The notes under the pieces were generated by a model that was not told the DNA's origin, did no database searches, and saw only the letters and a list, made by a program, of their open reading frames with translations. A DNA stretch of 64,000 bases from Eledone cirrhosa. Lineage: Eukaryota. Each line of letters starts with the position of its first letter. Position 1 is the stretch's first letter. Where the stretch lies: the NCBI GenBank assembly GCA_964016885.1, contig OZ024742.1, positions 172,360,001 to 172,424,000 on the forward strand. The letters are read 5' to 3'. Both the position numbers and the translations under genes were made by a program. Of the stretch, positions 1 through 15,123 are shown in pieces.

Positions 1-48
1 GAGCTGTCCTTCGGGGAGACAATGCATCACTGATTTTTCGTTTTCTAT

Positions 49-970
<922 letters not shown>

Positions 971-1013
971 TATATATATATATATATATATATAGATGGA
1001 TTTTTTAAATATA

Positions 1014-1147
1014 TCAGATAAGGTGTGGTAAAATATCAGGTGGACCATAACCCACCGGTGTGCTCGATACTTGCAGTAGAAGAGTGGGTAGTATGAAAAG
1101 ATTCAGGACACCCGACGGCTGAGCACTGGCCGTCTCGACGGCTAGAT
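1014..1147 (-). mobile_element. Family A short (TA)n-associated element, truncated copy
   Basis: Shares gtggaccataac...agtagaagagtgggta...ccgacggctgagc with copies at 30884-31090, 33238-33432, 44559-44680 and 48571-48756. Confidence 0.7.
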
Positions 1148-1149
1148 CC

Positions 1150-1242
<93 letters not shown>

Positions 1243-1351
1243 ATGTGTGTATGTGTGTGTATGTATGTATGTATGTATATATAAATGTGCATGTGTCTGT
1301 GTGTCTGTGTGTCTGTGAATGTATCCCGGGTTTAATCGTGGTAATCACAGT

Positions 1352-1435
<84 letters not shown>

Positions 1436-2056
1436 TGTGTGTGTGTATATATGAAATTTAGTTCCCCCAATGTGTTGAACATAATAATAATCGATCTCTA
1501 TATTAAGTAGTTGAGAGAATCGAGCTGGTGATCAATTGAAATTATGTTCATGTATGTTGAGACACCTACATTTCAAATTTCCCAACGCTTCTTAATTCAT
1601 GTGGATGGCCACACTTGTAGCTACAGGGCTAACATGTTGTAAAACACTGCAAACGTGGCCAGTCTGTCTTTTGCGTAGTGGATTACTAATTTGTCCGTCA
1701 TGTTGCAGGATTCCATTTTTCGTGGATGACTCCTCTTCAGTATGCTTCACCCGATTTTCCCAACTATTATTTATTCTGATTGACTATTATTATATTCATT
1801 TGTGTTGGGACGACTACTGTTCAGATTCCAAAATGTACCCAATGATCCTTATATCAACCGGTCGTTTATTCGTATTTGTATTTTATATACACGTGTATAT
1901 ATACATATAAAAAAAATATACATACACATGCAGCCATACATATTGATATACATGCATGTCTCAATAACCTCACAGCTCTCAAATAACGTAATCTTAGACA
2001 TAGCTCTGAGAAAGCACAAAAACATACATGTGAACAAGCTAAAGCACACACACACA

Positions 2057-2095
<39 letters not shown>

Positions 2096-3549
2096 AAACA
2101 CACAAACACACACACACACACATATATATATAATGAATTAAACAAACAGCGATATTAAAATAAACAAACAGACCACGCGGATTAAAGCAAAATACATAAG
2201 CTATGTAATAAATTTTAAAACGCCATTTTGCGTCGCCAGCTTGCTTCAATTAAAAACTAACAACCACAACAACTATAACACAAACGGAACACCTTCAAAT
2301 AATGTAACAGATTGTACTGTATATCGTTCCAGACATGCTCTTCTCTTATTCCTATTTACCCTCATAATTATATCGTTAAGGAAGAAATATAAAACATTTC
2401 TTTAACAATATAATTTTCACCAAGTCCAACAGTACCTAGAATATTTCTTTCCCTTTTAAATGTATGCCAGTCATTAGACTGCGGACTTGCTGTGGCGTCG
2501 CTTCAAAAGTCTTTAATGCCTAATTTTGTTACAAAAAATGTAACTATTTTATTTAATTTATCTCACCCTGTCGAACCACTAGTTTATAAACTAAAAAAAA
2601 CTCATAAACCTTAACACAGACATACACACAAGCATTCACATAGTTCCAGTCAATTAAGTGTTTCTCAGAGGGCATTGTTGAAACCAAGGTTAGATTAGAA
2701 CGTATTGTGTCACACCGTGGAACTGCGCCTGATACTACGAGAGGTTTTTTAATATTTCTGTTTATCATCAAAATGGAGACATTATTATATGTGCATGTGT
2801 GTCTGTGACCAGACGTGTGTGTATATAACGTGTTAATAACGTCACAGCTGTTACATAATGTAATTTAACAAAGAATAGCGTGCCACTTACACCAACAAAA
2901 TAAAGCTCCGACGACAATAGAAATAACAAAATAGTATTATAAGAAATCTAACAATAAATAGACGTGGCCTCGCTCGATTTGTCGATATACCGATAAATAT
3001 TCTAATTTTTCGATCGACCTAACAGCCAGACTCATGTATCCATAACATAAATCTGAGAGAGATTCAGCGTGGAACCGTGTAGTACAAGGCTGCCCCTTTG
3101 GGTGATAGGTGCAATCCACACAACGGACTTCCAAAGAGCAGAGATATCGAACTCCTTATTCATTTGGCCATGATTTGTCTATTATGCTAATATCAACACC
3201 GACAACATCAATGAAAATACGAATAGCAACACAAATTAAAAACCAATAAAACAACACGATCAACAGGACATAGAGAGCGAATCACAATTCCATCACCAAC
3301 AGAATCAGAGCTCTAAACAGAATTGTTAGACAAATGGTTAATACTTGAAAGCTATAATTTCCTAGACCAATTCGGTAGGCCCGGACAGAAGATATGATTA
3401 CAGGCAAGTTAAGAAGATAGTCCTTCTAGAAGATAAAATAGTCCTTCCCCGTGAAGGATTGCCATCTACAGCTTGTGTAAATAAAATAATATACATTATC
3501 TATTACACAACAGAATACATATGGATGAACTGCGCATTTTGAGATGTGG

Positions 3550-4660
3550 ATGCTCGTATATCAAACGTTCCATATTGATTTTCCTAGGTTTTATCAACAA
3601 TGTTCAAGCGATAAGTTTCAAGTCTTCAATTGCTAAAGATGTAGTTCAAAATATTTACATCGTGCAAAAGGTTCATTGAAACATTTTTGAGCTGATCTAA
3701 AAAGTAATGGCTTCGATCCGTTTCTGCCAATATGCTGTATTTTTCGGGAATTGTTCACTTCTAAAGAGAATATAAATGACTGAAGCTAAGAAAAGAGAAT
3801 CGGAAATTGAATTATATGTTTATCATATATACATAAGCAAACGCTTTCGGTGCTTTATAGGTAGTCTAATTTACTATAGTACTCGTAGCAGTTCATAAGA
3901 TATATTATGTATGAGGTAGAAACATTGATATTAATACAGCTCACCTCCCTATCTCTATCTAACGACTATACACCATAAACAAATCAAAGAGTTGCATACT
4001 ATTTTTTTTTCCTTTCCGTCATCTACACAAAACGTTTTATTAACGTAATGTTTCTATTTTCGCTGTGAAAAGGAAAGTAAACTTACATATTACTTGGAAT
4101 TTTCCAAAAGAAAAAAGAGAATATTTATGTAATATGGCAAGGATTAAATTAGAATTCTACAGTATAGAATGTTGGAGATATATTGGAGATTTGCGTTAGT
4201 TAAACGGTTGGTGGAGTGGGTTGTTATTAACGACAGCAAACACTACTGTCGGTCGATTTAACAAGAAGCTCCAGGGAGGAAAACAGGTTGCTGCAAAACT
4301 AATTATCAGCTAATTGACTTTGAAAGAAGCTACAAAATCTATCGCTAACGACTACAGAGGAAATAGACAGATGGGAGATAAGGAAAATAAGTAAATATAT
4401 GAGAAATAATCAGATAAACACAATAGAATGTGACAAATAGAAATATACATTCAGGTTTAATATTACAGTCTTATGATAGACAATTCTATTGATGTAGACA
4501 CAGAAAAGTGGTTAAATAATTCGTTTCTTAATCATCTGGAACTGGGATAGAAGCTACTTCACCGACCCATAACTATGTGTCTTCTCTACTATTCGTTTGA
4601 ACAGTAAATTGTTGGGAAGATTTGCTAGGCAAAAGTTGAGCAATTGCTCTGTGTATATAT
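3550..4660 (+). pseudogene. Possible highly decayed hAT (SPIN/GTF2IRD2-like) transposase remnant
   Basis: Manual translation gives FNKKLQGG (~4257-4280) and CVFSTIRLNSK..RF....L..C (~4576-4650), resembling the LNxxLQG and dimerisation-domain motifs. Many stops. Confidence 0.3.
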
Positions 4661-6153
4661 TATATAATTACACACACATACTATTGCTTTAATGGTACAA
4701 AGCCGGTTTTGTGTCAGATAACGTAACATACCGTGTCAAAAAACTGCAAATTGACAAATTAGGTAGCAGATTGCAATAGTTACTAGTATTGAACATATTC
4801 AAGTAAATATATGAATGCATCTGCTGTAACATGACTATAGGCCAGTGAATGAAAGCAAAATATATATTTGAATAATGTACAAAAGTAAGAAGAAAGTAAA
4901 ACAGCTGATCATCAGATTGAATCAAGGAAAACATGTTTCTATTGTTGATACTATCTATTGGTCGAAACTCTGGAAGAGGGAGGCCGAATTTGAACTCAGA
5001 ACATACTGACTTACATCAGAAACAAAAACAGCCCACTCGTCTCTTACACAATTCAGCCAATCAAACATCCAAAGGCTGATAAATTATTCAGCGACATAAA
5101 AAAGCTGAAAGGCAAATTTGACCACGTAGGGATTTGAACTTAAAGAGCATTGAAACAGAAAAAATATTGTGTAGTTTAAATCGATGTTCAAACGATGTTG
5201 CCAATACAAATGTGCATTGATATTGCCTAATGTCCTTTATTTTGATGTTCATATTCCACATATTATAGATAGTAGTAAAAGCAAAAGTCAATTTATCATA
5301 GTTTTTGAACGACTGCGTCACGGTATAGTTTTGTATTGAAGGCAGACAGATGGTAGGTAGATAAACAAAGTAGAGGAATATATGAGAATTAAGATACCAT
5401 ACAGCAACAATATTTGATCCAATGAATTATTAGTCTATAAGCAATTAATGTATTTTAGTTGCTGATGTCTCTAGTAGATAATGTCCAGATGGTTTGTCAC
5501 TGTCTGTTTGCTAATTGGAAATTATAGATGTCTGAGACAAGCCAGGAAATAAGATTTCAAAATGTGCAGTCTATGTTAATGAAACAATAGAGTTTAAGCA
5601 TCATTTTCAGATGACGTCTTATAATAGTGCGATAAAAATGAGGCTTAATTTTTGTTTATTCTACAATCGTTAAATTACATATCTCTCAGTAAGTTTTCAT
5701 TTAAAGTAATCTTTCTTTTAATGTCCATAATATGTCGGGGAATGGATTTTAGACAGTGTTTGATTGCTATGATATTTATCAACGCAAACAGAATGAAAGG
5801 CAAAATTGGCAATGTTGGATTTGAATTTAGAGCAAGGGTGCCGGTATGGATATCACAAATGATTATATCTAATGTTCTAATGATGTGAAAATTAGCCGTC
5901 GACCTTTATTTACTGGGAGCCCCTAAGCAAAAAAAAAGGTGACTTATTTTGCAGACAGGTGTGCGATGTTATTCCGCATTTAATGAAAGAGTGAATCATT
6001 TTACTTATGTTATCATAAAGGTTTAGTACAGATACTAGCATGCCTGTGTATTCACTAGGTTTCAGGTTGACCAATGTCTTGTGAGTGAAATTTAGGACGC
6101 TAAACGGTGTGGAGGCACGTACATAATATATATATATATATAGAGTATGTATA

Positions 6154-6259
<106 letters not shown>

Positions 6260-8899
6260 TGTGTGTGTGATGAACATAGAACAAATTAATAAATAGAAGA
6301 CATGGCAACGAACGAAAACAAGGGTTAAGAAAAGACAATTTAAAGGGGTAACTTTAACAGATAATCTTTTGAAAATGAAAATACAAACGAAAGAAACAAC
6401 TCCATGGTCTTCAGTCATTGAGATGAACTTTCACAGTTTCGACCTCTACCATCACTACTGCTTGTCCATCCCGCCCTTGGCACAAACTAAACAGCTGCGC
6501 AAGATGTAGGAGACTAACCAAATCAATAACTTATAGCAATTAAGCTATAACATGTAAACAGAGAAATCTCTGACGTCAGGGAGAAGGTATCGCACATTTT
6601 ATAAAACAAATGTCTTGTTGACAAACAAAAGGAAAAAAAAAAGAAAACAAAACAAGACGGAATAAATGCAAGAAGAAGAAAGTAAGATATCGTGTTAAAT
6701 GTAAATCACTGAGATTATTGAGGGAGAAAAGAAATATATACATCACACATTAGAGTGAGACACTAATAAACATAAGAAAATCAACAAAGAGAAAACAAGA
6801 CAACGAACAAAATCAAGGCAAAATGAAAAAATAATTTTTTAAAGTGGAAACTTTAAAAAGTCCTTTTTGAAAATGAAAATATGAAGGAAAGATACAGAAC
6901 TCGAGGGTTTTCAGCCATAGATGGACATTGGCAGTTTCGAAATCTGCCGACAGAAAGGTTGCCCCTCCCCCCCGAGTTGCAAGGCCTTATATAATTTGAA
7001 CTATTTGTGTATGTGTGTGTCCGTGCTTTTGTGTGTTGTTTACTGATTGTTTTGTCCCGTAACTCGAGTGTTATATGGATAGTGATCGATAGAATAAGTA
7101 CCAATATTGTAAAAGGTGAGTATTATGGCCAATATATTGCAGTAAATCCCGGCAAACTAGTACCACAACATGGCAAACGTTTGCTGATTGAAAGCAGTCA
7201 AAGAATAAATGAACACGCATTCAATGTGGAATATAAACTGCTATCAGAGCTATTTAGACTCAAACATACTCAATAAAGATATGTGACCTAGAAGTTATGG
7301 TGTGGCATCAACTTTATTTCACGCTGTTCTAATACACTCAGCTACCGAGTATCATCAGTAGTTGGGGGATTTAAACGTCTCCGAACTTCAGTTAGATATT
7401 AGATATATTCCGGTTAGTGATATCTTGAACGAGGCTTAAAGATTGATTCTTAGCGAAATGATTACGAGAATCGCTTTGCAATCATTAGGTCCGGATTTTA
7501 TCTCATTAGGCTTCGTTGGCAAGTATCATCTCCCAGAGCATAGGGTCGATTTATGCCTTGCAAGTGAAATAGGGCCGACTGAAACTCTTTGGAAGCCTGT
7601 CGAATGAAATGTATCCTGTAATTCAAAATACGAGCCATGTCCACTCTATTTCACGCTGAATAAACGCTTAGAACCTCCTTTTGATTAAACGTATCTATGG
7701 TATATTCTGCCGCTTACATGGTAATTTCATGCGCAGGTGGGTCAATTGAGCAAATAACTGCTACTCTAATCGTCAGAGCTTCATTCCAATGATTATGCAA
7801 TTTGGCGATTTTGAATATGCATTAAACAAATCCATACAGTTTTAAAGATCATTTCAATGATATGAAAAACAATGTTGAAAACACCAAGAAAATGTTTAAT
7901 ACACATTCTCATTACCATTCTATTTCTAAACTTTTCTCTGACAATTTTAAATTGACATATTTGTGTTGAACGCATTTTTCATAACTTTAAGATGTCGTTC
8001 CATGGAACCACTCAAGTTGTGATTTATGTTGTTAGATGTAAGTGACAAATATACATCGTCATCTTATCACAGGAAGGTCACATGATAATGTTTCTTAAAC
8101 AATGCCTCAGAAAAAAATAATGGCCGAAGCTGGAAGGTGTTTGAAAATAGATCTGTTTAAACGGTTTGACATGTAAAGAAAGGCTTAACATAGTTTCTGC
8201 ATTACCCGACACAATGCTAGACAGGTAAATCCATACGCAGCTGGATGGACATCTTATGTTTTGTTAACAAAAGTACAATACCCACACAGCTGCTAAACTG
8301 TCGGTTTTTATATGGAATAATTATGTCGTCCAGGAAAATAATTTTTTTATCAATTGTTAATGGAATTTTGACACACATATATGGCGATATATCGAAACTA
8401 AAAATGTATCATAGCGCTTCTAAATAAAATAAAATAAAATTATTTTTGTCTACTCCGTTAGTTACAGTGATGATCATTTAATTGTTCAGTAAGTTTAATT
8501 TAGGTTTAAATTTATTTTTGCGCATCCATAACAACATTCACAAGTTCATCTAGCATGATGGAAGTTGTGGGAAATGTGGTCTAGGAATTACAACGAGGTC
8601 CAGTCCATCCGATCAGCTTCCTTCGACTTTCTCTTTTACTAATTTCACGCCGAAGCTTTGGTTCGACAAGTGGCAATGCTGAAGTCACTTGTCCAAGATT
8701 CCAGGCTGTGGTATCGAACTGGGGACGTCATGATTGTTACCAATAATTTCGCTTTCATTTAGGAATGGGAAAACAACCTACTATATGTACTGAGGCATTA
8801 GCTATATCCCATCAAAGGTTTAGAGCAGGGATATAAGCGTGTCACCGCTTACAGCACTGAAACATAGTGACGCGTTAGAAATTCACCTGGATGAAATAA

Positions 8900-9075
8900 T
8901 GGTTACTGATTTAGACACAAGGCCAGCAATTTAAGACGAGAGGATTGATCCCAATGCATTAATGGTGCTTTATTTTGTCGACCCCTTAAGAAGGAAAGGC
9001 AAAGCTAACGTCAGCGGGATTTCAACTGAGAACATAAAGGGCCGTAACACGCTTCGGCAAAGCATGTTGTCCGAG
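8900..9075 (-). mobile_element. Diverged tRNA-derived SINE copy
   Basis: cacaaggccagcaat...ttattttgtcgacccc...gaaaggcaaag...gcgggatttcaact is shared with the younger copies. Confidence 0.65.
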
Positions 9076-9330
9076 GTGGATGGAATAATGTAGTTACATA
9101 TTCCCTGTTTCTTTTACACATCATCAAATCGTTGGCTATTGCTCACATCTCTGCAATAATATGGCTGACTGGGAGGTAATCAACAACATAAGGTTGAACA
9201 GAAATTAAATTCTGCCACTAGAAATTCATAAAAAAGAAAGAATGCTAATCATGTAGTTTATGTTATATACTTTTTTTATTAACTTTATATTCAAGCTTTT
9301 TGTTTCCCACGACAGTTAAATCGGTTAAGT

Positions 9331-9546
<216 letters not shown>

Positions 9547-12429
9547 AATCACGCACATATGTACAGAGGAATACACAATCGCCCTCGCTGGGATCATATG
9601 ACGATTATTTGTAATAGCAATCAAACCAATCTCATTGTTGGTTTGAGGAATTTAATATTAATATATATATCTAGATTAGTTGGCCTCTGGTGTGACGGGG
9701 TGGTGCCAACTTGGACAAAATAGAGAAAAAGCCACTGTACAGCTTAGGAAAAGAAACGGTAATGTAGTTATATAACGAAACTGGATTTAATGCTTTTCCA
9801 AGAGAACAAATAGTTTCACACCACAAAACAAAGTAACTCTTGTTACACGTGCAACACGATATCTGAATGGAATGTACCTAAAGTCAGTAAGAAATGCCTT
9901 TTTAATTACGGCCACAGTTACTGCACGTAAATATGCACATGTGTACATGTCTTTATCGGGTGTTTGTATAGTACGATTGTTAATAGAAAACTATTGATTT
10001 CAGTAACATTAGACATATGGTAATACTCTTTGTATGTTGTCATTAGTCTAGGAAACGAGACATTAGAGAATAGCACAAGAAGGGAGACGGTACTTTTACT
10101 AAAACGTTTTGGTTTTAACCTGATTATGATTGGTAGGTAGTTAGGTCAATCTGCTGTAAATTATGGTGGATGCGGCAAACATTTGCTTTTACTGAATTCG
10201 TCGTCATGGAAACTGAACTAAATTGACATCTTATATAATGTTATATGTGTTTTCATTAAGGATTAGCCTGACATTTGACGAGGAAATTAGAACTGACTAG
10301 AATAAATGTCATGTAATCGGGAAAGAACACGTGAGGAGTTAGAGAATTACATACTGAGTTATACGGAAAGCTGCTACCTGGTGTTTATTTTATACATTAA
10401 ACGTGCATGTCACTTGATCCTTTGAAGAGTTAGCAAAAAATGTCACATAAAATCTATTGGAACAAGTAAAATATTTGAAGAGTGAGGTTGTTACTATGGA
10501 GTTTGATTACGATGGGGAAATATCTTCATATTGGGTAGGCATTTCAATGTTGAGGTGCTTTCAGAATTACAGCTGCGAAATCTCAGCAGTGGCAAGCAGC
10601 AGATGATATCAGCAATGGAAACATTGTTTCTTAAATCGCCCAGTCTATCAGCAATGTTGTTCTTATATGATTTGACAGTTAAATAGCATCACTAATGGAA
10701 GAACCATAGAAAATGTGTCCCTTGGTCAAATTTGATGATCGATTACATTATTTTGGCAGGAGTTGGAGGTGCAGGTAGTATTGGAATCATTATGAATTTA
10801 GGTCAACATAATGAGTGGCTTCTTCCTATTTAGTTACATATGATATTAACATTGTTTGTAGAATTATACAACGTGAGGATAAAAGATCTCATTGCAAATG
10901 ACTTTCAATAGAAAAACTAGATAAATCATGACCAGGTTTTGCGGAACATAATACAACACATATTCTAAATTAATGGAATCTTTTAAACATAGGAGAATTC
11001 AAACTGGTTAAATTGCTCTTTCGAACTTTTGGCCTTGGTTAGGAAGGAAATGAGGGAAATTATTCTCCTGCAACCCAAGGGAAACGACACAATTTTCATT
11101 TTTCTTCCACATTCGCAGACACATTGAAATGCATGAAATCTTAGATTCTACATCTCTGGCAGAAATTGTTTGACAGAAACATTTCTGTTAACCACTTGAT
11201 TCCGTCTCTGACCATAGTGCCAGTTTGTCGCGTTTCAAATTGTGCCTCATTCTCCGCTTGAATTCCTAATAGAGCAGAATATCAATATCAATTTTAAATC
11301 CATTTTAATTTTGAAGACAATTAATTTCGTATTTTGATTACATTTTCAGTAGTTAGTTCAGTATGGCGTTGTTGAGCCAAAACGAAAAACAACAATATTA
11401 TTGCTGATATTAGAGGGAGCAGCACTGTGAGTAGTTATCGGAAATACTTTGTCTCCTTCAGTCTGCGTCCCTGCGTTGTATCAATCAAAACCCTTCCATA
11501 GAACCCTCGTCCATAAGAATTCGATTCGGTGATAGTAATATTATTGTATTATCTTCCACACTGTCTGACATGAACATGGCCTAGCTACATTATCCGCTCG
11601 TAATCTACACCCATTATACGATTATGTTCCGAAGTATTTCAGCCGGAATACCAACGTTTTCACCCGGGAAGTTCAACACTATCAGAGACAATGTGATTTG
11701 ATTCAGGTTCCAAAAGTAGATCTCCAACGGCCTTTCCAATATTTTTTAATTGTGGAGCAGAATGCGTAATGTCTATCAGTGTGTCATATTGACATGCGAT
11801 ATGAATGTGTGATATGTCAAATGTAATAGCGTTCACATAATATGAAATATCAACGTGTCACATGCCAAATGCAATGCCTCTGTGTTAATTGTTATCCTAC
11901 CAGTATCTTACTAAAAAAAATTATCAGAAATGTTAGAGTGAATTAATATATATATATATATACATAAATATTTCTACACTAAGGATTGCGCTCTTTTCAG
12001 ACATATCTCTACAGGTGATGTGGTAAATCGCTGGGCTACCCATTTACTTGTGAGTATTTATATCATAAATAAATCTTCTGAGAAGAACCCCAAAATGTTT
12101 GAAAACTGACTCAAAATTTTATTTAAATATAATGCAAATTACAGTCATGTTTTATTGAATGAGCAAATTTACATCCACATTTACATACTTAGTTAACTCT
12201 GTATTGTATATATATGCAGATATGTATTTATTGCATTACAATATATACAATCTAAAGATATTTGAAATATAAAGTAAATAATAATGGCAAAACTATTGAT
12301 AACTAGGGTAGGATTTACAGTCATACCTATTTTATATGATATAACTTCGTACGTAAAGGATTGCATGGCGTTAAGTATCATTACCCAACATGGGTTCTTT
12401 ATTATTGCATGTTTTATTGAGTATGCATC

Positions 12430-12760
12430 ATTACTATCGTCCCAGGTTGACCCAGATATTGTGAATGAAATTTGGTAGATGGAAACTGTATGGAAGTCCG
12501 TCGAATGGATTGCACGCGTATGTAATACACAGACCCATAATTCTCACATATCGTGTCATGCTGATTGAACTTTAGAATTTTAAGGGCAAATGTTGTCTCA
12601 CCCTGTGTCAAGCTTAACCAAACTGAGTATTACGTTAAAGTTACACGTGCCTGTGGAACGTTCAGTCATACTCTAATTTGAGGAACATTTGATTTAAGTA
12701 ATCGAACAACTGAATTCAAACCGTGGAATGTGACGTTGAATCCATTATTACATAGTATTA
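12430..12760 (+). mobile_element. Old SINE-like fragment of a second family
   Basis: gaaatttggtagatggaaactgtatggaagtccgtcg resembles, in reverse or diverged form, segments at ~7440-7800 and octopus SINE cores as recalled. Confidence 0.4.
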
Positions 12761-12866
12761 AGAAATAAGTAACGTAATCTTAAGAAAATAAATGTAACGA
12801 TGAAGAGGAAAATAAAATATTTTTCCCAACATGACTCTTCAGTGTTTGACTATATTTTCAAATAAC

Positions 12867-13042
12867 TGTTTCTACTTTAGGCACAAGGCCAGCAATTATC
12901 CCAGTACATTACTGGTACTTTATTTTATCGACCCCGTAAGGATGAACGGTAAAGTTAACCTCGACGGGATTTGAACTCAGACCATACAGGGACGTAACTA
13001 TGCTAGAAAGCATGACGTCCAACCCTCTACCGATTCTGCCAA
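12867..13042 (-). mobile_element. tRNA-derived SINE (octopus-type)
   Basis: Minus strand has A-box TGGCAGAATCGG and B-box GAGTTCAAATCC. The core ggtactttattttatcgaccccgtaaggatgaa is repeated across the window. Confidence 0.85.
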
Positions 13043-13287
13043 TAACAACTAGGATAGCTAGCAAGATCTAATAGAAATTGTAGTGTGCCAGGATATGATT
13101 GAATCTATGAATACTTTTTATTGACTTAATGGATTTTGCTTTTCGTCTATTTAATTTCGTTTTTCATTTTATTTCTATGCATTTTTTGCTTTTGGATAAA
13201 CTTATTTCATATTTTGTATAATACGTATCCGAGTGTATGTATGCATGTGTGGTATATATACATGCATGTGTGTGTGCATATATACAC

Positions 13288-13379
<92 letters not shown>

Positions 13380-13723
13380 GCATATGTGTGTGTGTGTGTG
13401 TGCATATATACATCCACATATATATATATACATGGAAAAGCCTGATAAACACTTTTTTTTTAAATTGAGAAATATGAAACAATTTTGTATTGTAGTTTGT
13501 AATCATTGATTTCAAACGAAAAAATAATAACAATAAATCAACAACAACTAACAAACTAAAATAACATTGGCAAGTCTGGTATTGGTATAGTCTGAAGTAG
13601 AAAAGAGAAGAGCCTCGTTTTCAATCAACTTACTAAAATAATCTGTTGAAAAATTCCTGTTGGCATATTTAATAGATAGATCGTTTTAAAGTAGAATCAC
13701 AATTGTAGTGAGAAATAAATAGA

Positions 13724-13759
<36 letters not shown>

Positions 13760-14472
13760 AAAATTATCAATTGACTAATAATATTTTTTCTTTTCTTTTA
13801 GGTTTCCAATAAAGTAAATGTAACTGCAGCCATGTTCCTGATTTAATCTGCCTTTGTCAGACATTTTATATAGCCTCAGCTTAACTTGCCGTTCTTAGTT
13901 AATTAAAGATTTAGAAATATATATTTGTTAAGATGCACATTTGTGTGGTTTATGAATTAAATATTTCTGATTTAAAAATTAGTTTTACCTCAGCATAGTT
14001 AATGATTGAAGCAAAAGTAGAATCACATTTGCAATAAGCGAAAAATATATAGAAATTACAGAAATATCGTTTCAGTTTTCACTACGAATTCAGTAGAGTA
14101 CCCTGGAAATGATTCTACATATTCTAAGTTACTCCGTCATGGAAAATGCTAACCCATAGAGGCTAAATATATTGTGTACAGATTTGATTAAACAAACAAC
14201 ACCATAAATAAGCCTGAACAACTATGATATAGTTCCCTTGAATTAATCTTCTTAGATACAAATATAAACATGAGGTTTAAATTATTATCATTATTATAGA
14301 AATCGCTTACGGGGTCGATACAAATACACCAGTAATGCACTGAGGTCGATCTAATCGACTCTTCCCCATCCGTGAAATTGCTGCCATTTTGACTAAATTA
14401 GAAATAATAATTATTCTTATCATAAGGATCAATTGACACACACACCTACACACACGTACACACACATACATA

Positions 14473-14519
<47 letters not shown>

Positions 14520-14794
14520 GTAATAATAATAAATTTGAAGACTAAAATCCAAACAGGGCTCGATTTACTTAAACTTTAATCTGTTTTTCTTCTATAAATA
14601 TATATATACATATATATATATATATATTTATATGTGTGTAAAATAAGAACATTTTAAAAAATTAAAAAAATTAACTTACTTACTAACATTTTTGGTACTA
14701 GGTACTATGAAATAATCTGTGTATTTGCTAGCATTAGCGTACATCTGTACGCATATGTTAGTAGATATACTAAATTCTCTCTCTATATATATAT

Positions 14795-15112
14795 AGATTT
14801 TGACTATATGTTGGTTGTATACCAACACGTCAGTATGCAGGCTGGAGCACTCAACGAGGTGCGCAGGCTGGTTTGGCTACTTCGGAGTAATGTAAAATAA
14901 AGTTAAATAAAAAGTCAAATGTTTAAAATTTAGCTTCGTTTATTACTGCTATTTATATTTCAGTGACAGCCATCTTTGGCTGTGTCCTCTTCAGGCAGTC
15001 CGAATTAGTGTGGTATAGACAAATACATATGTTGTTGAGGTGTATAATTTTATCAGTACTCTGATATGCCCAGTTCCTGGTTGGGTTGTTATTTCACTGA
15101 GGAACTGGAATC
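14795..15112 (-). mobile_element. Family C HHR-bearing short element
   Basis: Reverse-complement homologue of 43377-43692, with (TA)n on the left. Confidence 0.8.
14945..14999 (-). ncRNA. Type I hammerhead ribozyme (family C)
   Basis: Minus strand: actgc-CTGAAGA-ggac(acagcc aaagat ggctgt)cact-GAAA-tataaa-TA-gcagt, then AATAAA. Confidence 0.75.
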
Positions 15113-15123
15113 ATATGATTTCA

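Noticed and set aside
1700-1746. Minus-strand CTGAAGA...GAAA motif
   Set aside because: Stems I and III do not pair convincingly.
10200-11750. Possible ancient APE-type LINE on the minus strand
   Set aside because: Only vague motif resemblance; not supportable by eye.
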